A stretch of DNA of 64,000 nucleotides from the human T2T-CHM13v2.0 reference genome, Homo sapiens, in assembly GCF_009914755.1 (NCBI RefSeq), contig NC_060941.1; one strand, given 5' to 3'. The translations under genes and the position numbers were made by a program. The notes under the pieces were generated by a model. That model was not told where the DNA came from. It made no database searches and worked only from the letters and a program-made list of their open reading frames with translations. Positions 24,371 through 38,726 of this stretch are shown piece after piece. Each line of letters opens with the position of its first letter. Positions within the stretch are counted from its first letter, which is position 1.

Positions 24371-25730
24371 GGACCCTGAGGTCCATATATAATATATATT
24401 ATACATATATACAGATCAGAATGGACCCTGAGGTGGTCGGTTATAATCAGATATGCCAGCCAGGAACTCATGTTTACATGATACATATATACAGATCAGA
24501 ATGGACCCTGAGGTCCATATATAATATATATTATACATATATACAGATCAGAATGGACCCTGAGGTCCATATATAATATATATTATACATATATACAGAT
24601 CAGAATGGACCCTGAGGTGGTCAGTTATAGTCAGATATGCCAGTAGGAACTCATGTTTACATGATACATATATACAGATCAGAATGGACCCTGAGGTGGT
24701 CAGTTATAGTCAGATATGCCAGTAGGAACTCATGTTTACATGATACATATATACAGATCAGAATGGACCCTGAGGTGGTCAGTTATAGTCAGATATGCCA
24801 GTAGGAACTCATGTTTACATGATACATATATACAGATCAGAATGGACCCTGAGGTGGTCGGTTATAGTCAGATATGCCAGTAGGAACTCATGTTTACATA
24901 ATACATATATACAGATCAGAATGGACCCTGAGGTGGTCGGTTATAATCAGATATGCCAGCAGGAACTCATGTTTACATGATACATATATACAGATCAGAA
25001 TGGACCCTGAGGTCCATATATAATATATATTATACATATATACAGATCAGAATAGACCCTGAGGTGGTCAGTTATAGTCAGATATGCCAGCAGGAACTCA
25101 TGTTTACATGATACATATATACAGATCAGAATGGACCCTGAGGTCCATATATAATATATATTATACATATATACAGATCAGAATGGACCCTGAGGTGGTC
25201 AGTTATAGTCAGATATGCCAGCAGGAACTCGTGTTTACATGATACATATATACAGATCAGAATGGACCCTGAGGTGGTCAGTTATAGTCAGATATGCCAG
25301 TAGGAACTCGTGTTTACATGATACATATATACAGATCAGAATGGACCCTGAGGTGGTCGGTTATAGTCAGATATGCCAGTAGGAACTCATGTTTACATAA
25401 TACATATATACAGATCAGAATGGACCCTGAGGTGGTCAGTTATAATCAGATATGCCAGCAGGAACTCATGTTTACATAATACATATATACAGATCAGAAT
25501 GGACCCTGAGGTGGTCAGTTATAGTCAGATATGCCAGTAGGAACTCATGTTTACATAATACATATATAGAGATCAGAATGGACTGTGAGGTGGTCAGTTA
25601 TAGTCAGATATGCCAGCAGGAACTCATGTTTACATGATACATATATACAGATCAGAATGGACCCTGAGGTGGTCAGTTATAGTCAGATATGCCAGCAGGA
25701 ACTCATGTTTACATAATACATATATACAGA
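24371..25730. repeat. Composite VNTR of 79-bp and 52-bp units (14 + 5 copies)
   Basis: Shared frame atacatatatacagatcagaatggaccctgaggt with two alternative middle segments. Confidence 0.95.
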
Positions 25731-26220
25731 TAGGTTAAATATATACACACACACGTGCATGTGCATACATGGCTTAGCACACACATCTGTAGATCCTGGG
25801 TTTGTCCTTTGAGAGGGGACACCCCAGTAGCAGCAAGCACATTCCATGCCCAGATGTTAGTTTCTAAATTTCATCTTCAATAAAAGGAGCCAAGTCTCCC
25901 TTTTATTTCAATAAAAGGAGCTGATAATTGGGATGTGGGAGAGAAAATACAAGATCAACCTGGAGCATCTTGTAGTCCCAGGAAGTAAGAAAATGCTCAA
26001 AAATAAAATTTTTAAAAACATGTGGGCATTTCAAAAGGGCATGGAACCCAAAATGTAAGAGCTCCCAGTGGCCACAGCTAGAATGATTTGAGTGCACACA
26101 CACACACACAGACACACACAGACACACACACAAATCGGATTATACCCCAAAGAATAAAATGAATGTCCATGGATTTGTAAGCATATAAATAAATTATTGA
26201 ATAAATTAAAACTGAAAGGG

Positions 26221-26366
26221 TAGCCGGGCGAGGTGGCGAGCGCCTGTAGTCCCAGCTACTCAGGAGGCTGAGGCAGGAGCATGGCGTGAACCCGGGAGGT
26301 GGAGCTTGCAGTGAGCCAAGATCACGCCAATGCACTCCAGCTGGGGTGACAGAGCAAGACTGTCTC

Positions 26367-26397
<31 letters not shown>
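26221..26397 (+). mobile_element. 5'-truncated AluY-like element (right monomer only) with (AAAAC)n tail
   Basis: tagccgggcgaggtggcg...gactgtctcaaaaacaaaac; TSD aaaactgaaaggg on both sides. Confidence 0.92.
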
Positions 26398-26471
26398 ACT
26401 GAAAGGGACAGGCCTTTCTTGGAACAAATTCCAAACAAGAAATGTGGAGTAAATAGGGAAAATCACCATCA

Positions 26472-26802
<331 letters not shown>

Positions 26803-27349
26803 GTCACCATCAGTGCTGCAGGCAAGCTCCCCTGAGGAATGCTAAAATTCCTGTGCAAAGTTTAAGGAGAAAGAAGATATTTGTATAGTCTCAAAGTGTC
26901 TCCCCTAAATGTTCAGTAATTACCATGGTGCCCAAATTCTTTGATGCTCCTTCCTGTAGGAGTTGGAGCTCATGCTGGACTTCATGACTCACTCTTAACC
27001 AGCAGGACATGGAGAGGAAGTCACTCTCCCGTGGGGAGACCTGGCAGGCCTCACCTTGGCCGTGTGATCAAGGTCCAGACCACCAGTGATGAGGCATGTT
27101 GACATCGTGGCCCCTGAGAGCACGTGATGAGAAGAGCGCTCCACCTCCGCCGTGTTCTTCCGCAAACGCACAGTTCCAATGTAATCAGAGAGAACATCAC
27201 ACACACACCAATTGAGGGGCATCTTGCAGAATACCTGAGCAGCACTCTGCAAAGCTGTCAAGGCGGTGAAGCGAAGACAGGCCAGGAAAGGGTCACCGGT
27301 GCAGGGGACTAAGGAGGCGTGAGGGCCAGTGCAGCCTGGGGTCCTGGAC

Positions 27350-28852
27350 GTGAGCTGCTGAGACGGCACCCGCGTGAGTGTCGCAGTTTCCACACCGTGA
27401 GCTGCTGAGACGGCACCCGCGTGAGTGTCGCAGTTTCCACACCGTGAGCTGCTGAGACGGCACCCGCGTGAGTGCCGCAGTTTCCACACCGTGAGCTGCT
27501 GAGACGGCACCCGCGTGAGTGTCGCAGTTTCCACACCGTGAGCTGCTGAGACGGCACCCGCGTGAGTGTCGCAGTTTCCACACCGTGAGCTGCTGAGACG
27601 GCACCCGCGTGAGTGTCGCAGTTTCCACACCGTGAGCTGCTGAGACGGCACCCGCGTGAGTGTCGCAGTTTCCACACCGTGAGCTGCTGAGACGGCACCC
27701 GCGTGAGTGTCGCAGTTTCCACACCGTGAGCTGCTGAGACGGCACCCGCGTGAGTGTCGCAGTTTCCACACCGTGAGCTGCTGAGACGGCACCCGCGTGA
27801 GTGTCGCAGTTTCCACACCGTGAGCTGCTGAGACGGCACCCGCGTGAGTGTCGCAGTTTCCACACCGTGAGCTGCTGAGACGGCACCCGCGTGAGTGTCG
27901 CAGTTTCCACACCGTGAGCTGCTGAGACGGCACCCGCGTGAGTGTCGCAGTTTCCACACCGTGAGCTGCTGAGACGGCACCCGCGTGAGTGTCGCAGTTT
28001 CCACACCGTGAGCTGCTGAGACGGCACCCGCGTGAGTGTCGCAGTTTCCACACCGTGAGCTGCTGAGACGGCACCCGCGTGAGTGTCGCAGTTTCCACAC
28101 CGTGAGCTGCTGAGACGGCACCCGCGTGAGTGTCGCAGTTTCCACACCGTGAGCTGCTGAGACGGCACCCGCGTGAGTGTCGCAGTTTCCACACCGTGAG
28201 CTGCTGAGACGGCACCCGCGTGAGTGTCGCAGTTTCCACACCGTGAGCTGCTGAGACGGCACCCGCGTGAGTGTCGCAGTTTCCACACCGTGAGCTGCTG
28301 AGACGGCACCCGCGTGAGTGTCGCAGTTTCCACACCGTGAGCTGCTGAGACGGCACCCGCGTGAGTGTCGCAGTTTCCACACCGTGAGCTGCTGAGACGG
28401 CACCCGCGTGAGTGTCGCAGTTTCCACACCGTGAGCTGCTGAGACGGCACCCGCGTGAGTGTCGCAGTTTCCACACCGTGAGCTGCTGAGACGGCACCCG
28501 CGTGAGTGTCGCAGTTTCCACACCGTGAGCTGCTGAGACGGCACCCGCGTGAGTGTCGCAGTTTCCACACCGTGAGCTGCTGAGATGGCACCCGCGTGAG
28601 TGTCGCAGTTTCCACACCGTGAGCTGCTGAGATGGCACCCGCGTGAGTGTCGCAGTTTCCACACCGTGAGCTGCTGAGATGGCACCCGTGTGAGTGTCGC
28701 AGTTTCCACACCGTGAGCTGCTGAGATGGCACCCGTGTGAGTGTCGCAGTTTCCACACCGTGAGCTGCTGAGATGGCACCCGTGTGAGTGTCGCAGTTTC
28801 TACACCGTGAGCTGCTGAGATGGCACCCGTGTGAGTGTCGCAGTTTCCACAC
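27350..28852. repeat. 47-bp CpG-rich VNTR, 32 near-identical copies
   Basis: gtgagctgctgagacggcacccgcgtgagtgtcgcagtttccacacc; first unit at 27350, last at 28807. Confidence 0.98.
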
Positions 28853-28992
28853 GTGCCTCATTGCTGTGTAAGATGCTCAAGTGAGAGGAAGCTGGTGAAC
28901 GGGTCTGTGGGAAGTTGCAGTACTGTCTTTGCAACTCTTCTGGACATCTTTTTTTTTTTTTTTAAATAAAATCTTTTTAACATGAAAATATG

Positions 28993-29314
<322 letters not shown>

Positions 29315-29434
29315 TCAAGCTACTTATAACAAACAAAATTGAGAATGAAGGTAAATTAAAAATAATTTATAGTCTTTAAAAAGCAGGAACTACAAAATTT
29401 ACATTTCTGAAAATGGCAGAAAAATCCCACATGG

Positions 29435-30500
29435 CTGTATATGTATGTGTGAGATTGTGTATGAATGAGCGCATGCATATATTTTTGTGTGTTTGGATTA
29501 TATGTGTGACGGTGTGCATGAGTGTGTATATGATTTGGGGGTATGTGTGAGTGTGTATGACTGTGTGTATGAGTGTGTATGATTTGTGTGTGTGTGTACA
29601 TGTATACACTAGTGTGCGTATGATTTGGGGGTATGAATGTGAATGTGTACATATGTATTTATGATCTGAGTGTGTATGAGTGTGAATGTGAACATGTGTG
29701 TGTGAGTGGGTATATGATTTGGGTGTGTGCAAGTATGAATATGTATTGTGTGCATTAATGTGTATATTTTGGGCTGTGTATGAGTGAATGTGAACATGTG
29801 TGCACGAGTGTATATATGATCTGGGTGTGTATGAGTGAGCATGAGTGAACATGTGTGCATGAATGTGAGTATGATTTGGGTGTGTATGAGTGTGAATGTG
29901 TGCACGAGTGTATATATGATCTGGGTGTGTATGAGTGAGCATGAATGTGAACATGTGTGCATGAATGTGAACATGTGTGCATGAATATATGATTTGGGTG
30001 TGTATGAGTGTGAATGTGTGCACGAGTGTACAATCGGTGTGTATGAGTGAGCATGAATGTGAACATGTGTGCACGAGTGTATATATGATCTGGGTGTGTA
30101 GGAGTGAGCATGAATGTGTATGCACAAGTGTGTGTATGTGTGTATGATCTGGGTGTGTAGGAGTGTGAATACGAACACGTATGCGCAAGTATGTATATGA
30201 TCTGTGTATGTATGAGTGAGTGTGAATGTGTGCATAAGTGTGTGTATGATCTGGGTATGAGTGATTGTGAATGTGAGCATGTGTGCACGAGTGTGTATAT
30301 GATCTGGGTGTGTGGGAGTGCGCATGAATGTGTATGCACAAGTGTGTGTATGTGTGTATGATCTGGGTGTGTAGGAGTGTGAATATGAACACGTGTGCAC
30401 AAATGTGTATATGATCCGAGTATGTAGGAGTGAGTGTGAATGTGAACATGTTTGCACGTGTGTATATGATATGGGTGCATGTGTGGGTGTGTTTGTGCAG
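29435..30500. repeat. TG-rich degenerate low-complexity satellite
   Basis: Recurring tatgat(c/t)tgggtgtgtatgagtg..atgtgaacatgtgtgc modules; source of the His/Thr-rich ORFs. Confidence 0.9.
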
Positions 30501-31045
30501 GTGCACTGGGAGCTTTCAGCATTGAGTCTGTGTGGCATCCAGGCTTTTCTGGATGATGTAGAATCAAACCCCATAATTAATTCCAGTAACTTAGAAATTT
30601 TCACTTATGAATACTAAATTCTCCTCACCTAGCAACTGACTGAGCAGGTTGAACAGCACCCTTCGCCGTTCTCCTGCAGAACCCCGTGGAATGGCCCTGC
30701 TTTCTCAGAGTGCTCCTAGCGGTGATGAGGGAGCCCAGCTCATTGCGGTTCGTGCAGAAGGCTGTGTGCCATCTCCGGGACTGCACGGAGAGGCGGAGGC
30801 TCAGGCGTGGGATCTGAGCTCAGTGGGCCCTTTAAGGACCGCTGCCTCCTTTCCTCCCTTTGGCATTCAGCATCGACTTACGATGGCTCCCAGTCACAGT
30901 CCTTGTCACTGCCTGGCATTACACAGGGCCACAGTCCCTTAACTGAAACACTTGGGACCAGTTGCATTTTGGAATTTGGAATGTTTCTTGATTTCAGAGA
31001 GAGAAGAGGGGATGGACTGTTGGGCAGCCCTGATTAACCCTGCAG

Positions 31046-31187
31046 CGTCTTGGCTCTAGAGGGGCCTACACGGCTGGGAGCGTCTCGGCTCTAGAGAGGG
31101 GCCTGCACTGCCGGGAGCATCTCAGCTCTAGAGAGGGGCCTGCACTGCTGGGAAGCCTACACGGCTGGGAGCGTCTCGGCTCTAGAG
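31046..31187. repeat. ~35-37-bp tandem repeat (~4 copies)
   Basis: agcgtctcggctctagagaggggcct(a/g)cac repeated. Confidence 0.8.
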
Positions 31188-31452
31188 CCACAGCTGATGC
31201 ATGGCAACGATGAGCTCTCCTGCTTAGTGCTGATGTGCCTCAGCCCCTAACCCCACTGGTGTCCAGATGAGGAACTTGAGGCTCAGAGAAGCTAGGTCAA
31301 GGTGAACACCAGTGTTGAGTTTCAGCCCCAGGTCTACCTGATGCTGCCTCCACATTGACTGAGTTGGCCTGGTCCATTGTGAGGTCAGGTAGAGCCAGGG
31401 CCGAGGTGGGGATGCCAAGGTCCCATCCGCAAAGATGGGTGGGACGGCACAG

Positions 31453-31920
31453 GAGCCAGTCATCATCCCCAAAGACACAGCTCCGAATACCTCATCCTGA
31501 AATCCCAAAGATCAAAATCCCAAAAGTATAAATCTGGAAAAAATAATGTCGATGTTATTTATTTACATTTTTAAAAGGTATGTATTTGAGAAACATAAAA
31601 ACACAACAGAACATTTCATAGGCCACTTTACACAATAAAATAGGCAATGATAACAGGTATTTTTGCATAAACACTGAGGTAACTAACGACGGCGGCATGG
31701 GTGTAGCAGTTATAAGAAGACAGACCATAAAGAAATAAGTCAAAAGAGAAACGTGTACACGTATATCGCTACGGTTACTAATTGTGTGCACCTAGCCCTG
31801 TAGCTGTGGTCATCTGAAATATCAGGGATTTTAGACTTGAGGGATTTTGATCTTTAGGGATTTCAACATTCCACATTATGGTGCTTGGGATTGTGTCTTT
31901 CAGGATTATGATCCAAACTC
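31453..31920. mobile_element. Internally deleted Ricksha-like (MULE/MuDR) DNA transposon
   Basis: ~85-bp imperfect terminal inverted repeats: left aaagacaca...tgaaatcccaaagatcaaaatccc, right gggattttgatctttagggatttca...tgtgtcttt..gattatgatccaaactc. Confidence 0.8.
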
Positions 31921-34464
31921 AGCTGGGCCTCCCCTCCCTGCCCCAGGATTGTGGAGTGAGAACGTTGCAGCAGGAGAGAACAACGCAGCAAAGCACAGCA
32001 GGGGAACCGGAAATGCTCACCTTTTGACAGGGTACTTTTAGTTCTGGGGCCTTATCTTAAGGATATTCCAACATATACAAAAAGATTCATGCACAGAGAT
32101 ATTTACTTTAGTATTATTTACCATAGGAAAAAAGTTGGAAACAATACATTTTATGTTCTGTAAAATGAAAGAACAGTTAAATAAATCATGGCTCTAAGAC
32201 GACTCCAGGGCTGTGTACGGAAGTTCAGGGACAGAATCAGTTGAGGCTGTTCCACCTGAGCCTAAGCTTCCTCTGCTGTATGTCGGGAATCAGGTGGGGG
32301 CCAAGCGAGATCACCACAGTGCAGGCCAGTGTGCAGGGCACAGGTGGGCGCCAGGGAGGGGACGCCGCACAGCCCCATGCTCTCGCCAAAAACGTGCAGC
32401 ACAATTTGGAAGAAAACGTTTCCATCTGTTAATAAAGAGCAACGGCCTCTGGTCATAAGTGACACATGACCCTTTGCCTGAGTCTTTTTAAATTTTTCCA
32501 TATGTTCCATATTTTCTACACCAAATGTAAGCTACTTTCATAATCACAAAAACTTAATGGAAAGAGGAGGAGGAGGACGGGGGTGGGGAGTAGTAGCCAT
32601 GGGTTCGAGCCCTTCCTCTCCGCATGACTTGGATAACACGGTATATTCACACAGCTATTTCCCCATCTATGAACTTCTGAGGTGCTTTTATTAGTTGATG
32701 TCTGGGACCCCTAGGAGCTCTCTTTATACCTCATGATATCAAATGCCCACCTTTCCAGCTCCTCTTGGCCTCCTGCCCTTCCTGGAGGGAGATGCGCTCC
32801 CTGGAGCTGCTGACTAGGTGGAAGCAGACTGGCTCCTTCAGTGGGTAGGCCAGCCTGCCTGTCTCCCTAGCCCAGTCCCACCGTGCTGGCCTCAGTGGTG
32901 GAGGCAGGCATGGAGCCTTGGAGGAACCACTCCTCCCCAGCCGCCACCAACATTTGTGGCACCGAGAAGCACCCGTGCTATTCCGGACAGGGATGGGGTT
33001 GGACACCCATGCATAGGGGACCCTACACTCCTAGGCTTGGCTCTGGGCTAAACAGCAGGTGTGGATTTGGGCCTAGGCCTCGGAGAAGCCATCAGCTAGG
33101 GCAGAATTCCCATGTGGGCAGGATGTTATTTAGGAATTCCAGGGCTTTCTGTATTCCAGATTTCCTGTATTGTGCATATGTGCGTGCATGTATGTGCCCT
33201 CAGCCATGATGTAAAGTGTTTTTCTGGCTGGGGTTGCATCACAGAGTTTGGAAGCCACTGCTCTGCAGATTCTGAGGACCACCTCCCTTATTTCTCACCA
33301 AATTCCCATTTCTTCTGTTTTTGTTCCACCCAATGCAAAAAGCATACTGCCTTCTCTTCTGCATTGGTGGGCAGCGGGTCCTGCAGCTCAGGTTTCTCCA
33401 GCCAGGGCCCTGAACGTGAGCCTGGTGGCGTGGGCAGGGGGCTGACTCCATGTGGGCCAAAGGCAACCTATCCAGCTCTTCAGAATGGCTTTTCTCTCCT
33501 CCCTATAAAACATATTTTCTCTCCTCCCTATAAAGCCTATTTTTGTATTAGGGTGTTTGTTAAAATGAAAACATGAGATCATTGATGCATAACGAGAAGC
33601 CGTGTCATTACTTCCCAGGCCCTGTGCAAGGTGCAAATTGGCGTGTTAGTGGCTGTTTGCATCTTTTCAGTTCCTTTCGTCTTTTCTCCTTATCCTGCCC
33701 TTTATATGGTTTCTGCTTTAAGTCAAACATTGTGAGTGGATTGATGGACATATGTGTGTGTGAGCGTGTGTGCACAGATGCATGAGAACTGCAGAGAGAG
33801 ATGGGAGGTAACCAGGGGGATCACTGTTCTCTTCTTCCCAAACATTAGCGTTAGGCTGTTCCGCTTCTGTTCTTGAGAGGGCACCCACATTACTGCTTGG
33901 GAGCCTGGAAATGGCCCCACTGAAGCAGCTCTGAGGCCCTGGACACCCTTTTCCTGGTTGTGGCCAGCTGAGTTGTGCATGGTCCTCCCCGTGGGATGTG
34001 CTTGGAGCATCTGCTGGTAGCAGAGCCTCAGTTCCTCTCCTGCGTTCTTTCGCTACAGGTGTTAGACCTGCTGCCCACCTGTGACCTGTTTACTGCCAGG
34101 GATAGACCTGTGGCCAGTGTGGAAAGCGAGATGCTTTGTCCATACAGCCTGCGGGGCTCAGCCTTCCCGGGGTTGCCCACAGCTAGGCTGGGCCAGGACC
34201 CCCAAGCCTGGGAACTTACACCTTTCTCACCTGCTTTCCTAAAGGTGGTTTTCCTTTGTGATCTCTCTCCCTGAACGGCTAAACCACACTCTGAATAGAA
34301 AACTGTCTTGAAAACTGCTTTGCACGTACATCTGATAAGGTCCTCTGGAGGGCGACCTCCACTGTCTAGTGGGCGAGGATTGTTCAGCCGCCTTGGCTGA
34401 GTCACCGAGCTGCCAAGGGCAGACTGTACCCTGGGCTCACCAGCATGCAAAGATATTTTATTCA

Positions 34465-34612
34465 TTTATTTATTCCATAAATATATATTTATATTATTTA
34501 TATTTAGAGCCAGTGTATCTCTCTGTCGCTCAGGCTGGAGTGCAGTGGCACTATCTCACTGCAGCCTCAAGCTCCCGGGCTCAAGGAATCCTCCTACTTT
34601 GTCCTCCCAAAC
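34465..34612 (-). mobile_element. Alu monomer/partial (AluJ/FLAM-like)
   Basis: ctctgtcgctcaggctggagtgcagtggcactatctcactgcagcctcaagctcccgggctcaagg. Confidence 0.8.
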
Positions 34613-35257
34613 AAAAATATTTTTAAGGAGCCCACTAGGAGAGTGCTGAGTTTAAAATCTAAGTTCTTGTTTCTTTTTTCTTTTTCACTGATGCATAATA
34701 GATGTACATAGTTTCAGGGTACATGTGATAGTTTAATGCATTCATATAATTGTGAAAATCAAATCAGCCTACTTGGAGTATCTATCGCCTTAAATATTTG
34801 TTTTTGCTTTATGCTAGAACCGTTCCGATTCTCTCTTCTAGCCATTTTGAAATATACAGTAGGCAATTGCCAACTATGATCTATGTAACACTAGGTCTTA
34901 TTCCTTCTATCAAACCACGTATTTGTACCCTTCAATCAACTTCTGTTTCTCCCCCTCTCCCCGCTACATTTCCCCACCTCTGGTAACCACGCGTCTACCC
35001 TCTGTCTTCACGAGAGCTACTTTTTTAGTAGGTGGGAGAGAACATTCAATGTTTGTCTTTCTGTGCTTGGCTTATTTCACTTAACATAATGATCCCTAGG
35101 TCCATCTTGTACAAATAACAGGCTGTCGTTCCTCTGTATGGCTGAATAATATTCCACTGTGTATACACACCACGTTCTGTTTATCCATCATCCGCTGATG
35201 AACTCAGAGGCTGATTCCGTATTTTGGCGATTGTGAGTAGTCCCGCAGTAAACATGA

Positions 35258-35976
<719 letters not shown>

Positions 35977-36798
35977 CTTTTGGTTTTTTGAGGAGCCTCC
36001 ATCTGTTTTCCATAGTGGTTGTACTAATCAACGTTCCCACAACAGTGTGTGAGGGTCCCCCTTTCTCCACATCCTCGCCAGCATCCCTTATTCCCTGCGT
36101 TTTTGACGAAAGCCATTTTAACTGAGGTGAGAGAAGACCTCATTGCAGTTTTTTATTTGCGTTTCTCTGATGATTAGTGATGTTGAGCATTTTTTCATGT
36201 ACCTGCTGGCCATTTGTACATCTTCTTTTGAGAAATGTCTACTCAGGTCTCTTGCCCATTTTAAAATTCGATTAATTGTTTGCTATTGTTTGAGCTCCTG
36301 GTTATGAATCCCTTGTCAGGTGGGTAGCTTGCAAGTATTTTCTCCCATTCTGTGGGTTGTCTCTTCAGTTTGTTGACTTTTTCCTTTGGTCTGCAGAGGG
36401 TTCTTAGCTTGGTGTGATTTCACTTGTCTGTTTTTGCTTTGGTTGCCTGTGCTTTTGGGGCCCTACTGAAAAAGTCTTTGCTGAGAACAATGTCCTGGAG
36501 CACTTCCCTAATGTTTTCTTCCAGTAGTTTTATACTTTCAGGTCTCAGTTTTACCTTTAATCCATTCTGATTTGATTTCTGTGTATGGTAAGAGAGACGG
36601 GTCTAGTTTCATTCTTCTGCATATCTTTATCTAGTTTCCCCTGCACCACTTATGGAAGAGACCGTCCTTTCGCTCGTATGTTGTTGGTGCCTTTGCTGAA
36701 GATGAGCTGGCTGTAAATGTGTGGATTTATATCTGGGTTCTCTATTCTGTTCCACTGGTCTATGTGTCTGTTTTACGTGATTACCAGGCTGATTACCA

Positions 36799-37093
36799 GG
36801 CTGATAGGTTGGCTCATGCCTGTAATCCCAGTACCTTTGGAGGCCCAGGTGGGAGGATCACTTGAAGCCAGGACTTCAAAACCAGCCTGGGCAACAAAGC
36901 AGGACCCCATCTCTACAATGTTTTAAAAAATTATTTGGTGCAGTGGCATACACCTGTAGTCCCAACTACGCAGGAGGCTGAGGTGGGAGGATCCTTTGAG
37001 CCTAGGAGTTTGAGGCTGCTCTGAGCTGTGATTGTGCTACTGCACTCCAGCCTGGTTGACAGAGCAAGGCCCTGTCTCTTAAAAAAAAAAAAA
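36799..37093 (+). mobile_element. AluJ
   Basis: ggtgggaggatcacttgaagccaggacttc...ggaggatcctttgagcctaggagtttgaggctgc. Confidence 0.9.
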
Positions 37094-38726
37094 ACTATTG
37101 CAAGAGGAGAGAGAGAGACTGAATTCAACTCTCAATACAACAGAGACAAGTGGGGATAGCCAATGAGCAGGGTGAGGGAGGTGATGAAAAGTTGTTGAAA
37201 GGAGCTTGGTTAGTTAGCAAGGGTGGGGAAGATTCTCACTAAGGACCTTAGCAGCATTCCTTGCTAGCACTGAGCTCAGCAGGCCAAGGATGAGGCTTCA
37301 TCAAGGAGAAGGCTCAAAGGAGCCTGAGTGGAGTTTGGTCAAGGAGAGCGTCTTTGTCATCCTTGCAATGACTCATTTTATAGGTAATTAAGTAGGGGGT
37401 TCAGACAGGTCAAAGACTTACCAAAAAGAGGAAATTGTGTCCATGTGGCTGGTGGCTCACCCCAGGAACTGACAGTGGCTTACTCTCAGAAACTCAGAGT
37501 GTGCGTGTCTCTTTGAATCCGTATCTGTGTGTGGGTGGGTGCGTCTGTCTGTGTGCGTGCCTCAGTCTCTTCTGAATTTCTCTCCCAATCCCCGTCTCTC
37601 TTTCCTCGGGTTGGTGTTTCCCTCCTGCTGGCCTCTGGCCAGCTATTTCTGGAAGTGTCAGCTGCTCTGTCTTCCTGCCCCTGTCTCCACCATCACGTCT
37701 GTGTCTGACTCCCTTTCTTTCCCATACAAAACCCCTAATGCAAGTCCTACTGTTTCTGTAACTGGCCACTGCCTATAACAAATCTTTGCTTAGGTTGTGT
37801 TTCTTTGTAGAATAGACTGATGTACTGTGTGCTTGATTTTTACAAGATGAGCACAATACCTTATCTTTCTTCTTTATTAAAAAAAAGGAAAAATCCAAAC
37901 ACAAGATTAATATCTCGTCATGGACTGTGCCCCGCTCGAGCCTCTCCACATGCAGCCGGAAGGAAAGTGGAGGGAGCTGCTCCTTTCCGTAGCCGGGGTG
38001 CCCACCCCAACCAGGCTGCCTCTGCCACCCAAGACAGAGGTTCTCTGATAATAATTTGTGGGGCTTGTTTCCAGAGACCACACCTGAAGCTGCCAACTCC
38101 CCGGAGGGAAGGTCCTGATTAATGGCCGATGAATTTCTCCTTAAGGCCCTGAAACTGCCTACTCAGAACCAAGCCAGTTTTTCCTGCCTGTCCTGTTTGG
38201 GCAGGCAGAGGAGGCAGCTAGAAACCCATTATGCAGGGGATGGGGGTAAGTGGAGGAGGGAGGGGTCGGGGGAGGAGTGGGGAGGAGGAGGAGGGAAACA
38301 GGAAACCCCAGGCTTTGGCTATGATGGGGTCAGCCTTTCTACACCATTCCGGGATGCTGGTGTCCACCACTGCTGCCTGGGCACGGGGAACAGAGAATCT
38401 GCCTGGTGGGAGCAGACAAGAGGTTCGAGGACCAGAGCTCATCCTCTTCGGTGTGTGCCTGGGAGGAGGTGTAGGTGCAGCCAGTGGGGTATGATTAAAA
38501 AGAAGGGACGCGAGTTTAGGGGACAGCCGCCCACGTGCACCAGCTCTCCGTGTGCCAAAATCTTGCCTGTCAGGGACCAGGATCCCACTTCACAGTTAGC
38601 AAATAGCAGCTCAGGGACATTAAGCAACTCGCCCAGCATCCCACCAGCAGACAGTCTCACCTTCAGGGTCGTCTGTGTCTGTTAAAGTCGAGTCTAGTTT
38701 CGGGTCTCAGAGCACCTCCCTAAAGC

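Noticed and set aside
24371-25730. Repeat/spacer layout resembling a CRISPR array
   Set aside because: Only two recurring 'spacers', human context and no cas genes; it is a composite VNTR
27350-28852. CTCF motif in the 47-bp unit (gctgagayggcac)
   Set aside because: Only the right half matches; the CCAsyAG left half is absent
26995-28861. 466-594-aa minus-strand ORFs
   Set aside because: The 47-bp VNTR has no stops on that strand; the same 47-aa cycle appears in all three frames
29376-30604. His/Thr-rich ORFs resembling metal-binding proteins
   Set aside because: Reverse strand of TG-rich low-complexity DNA
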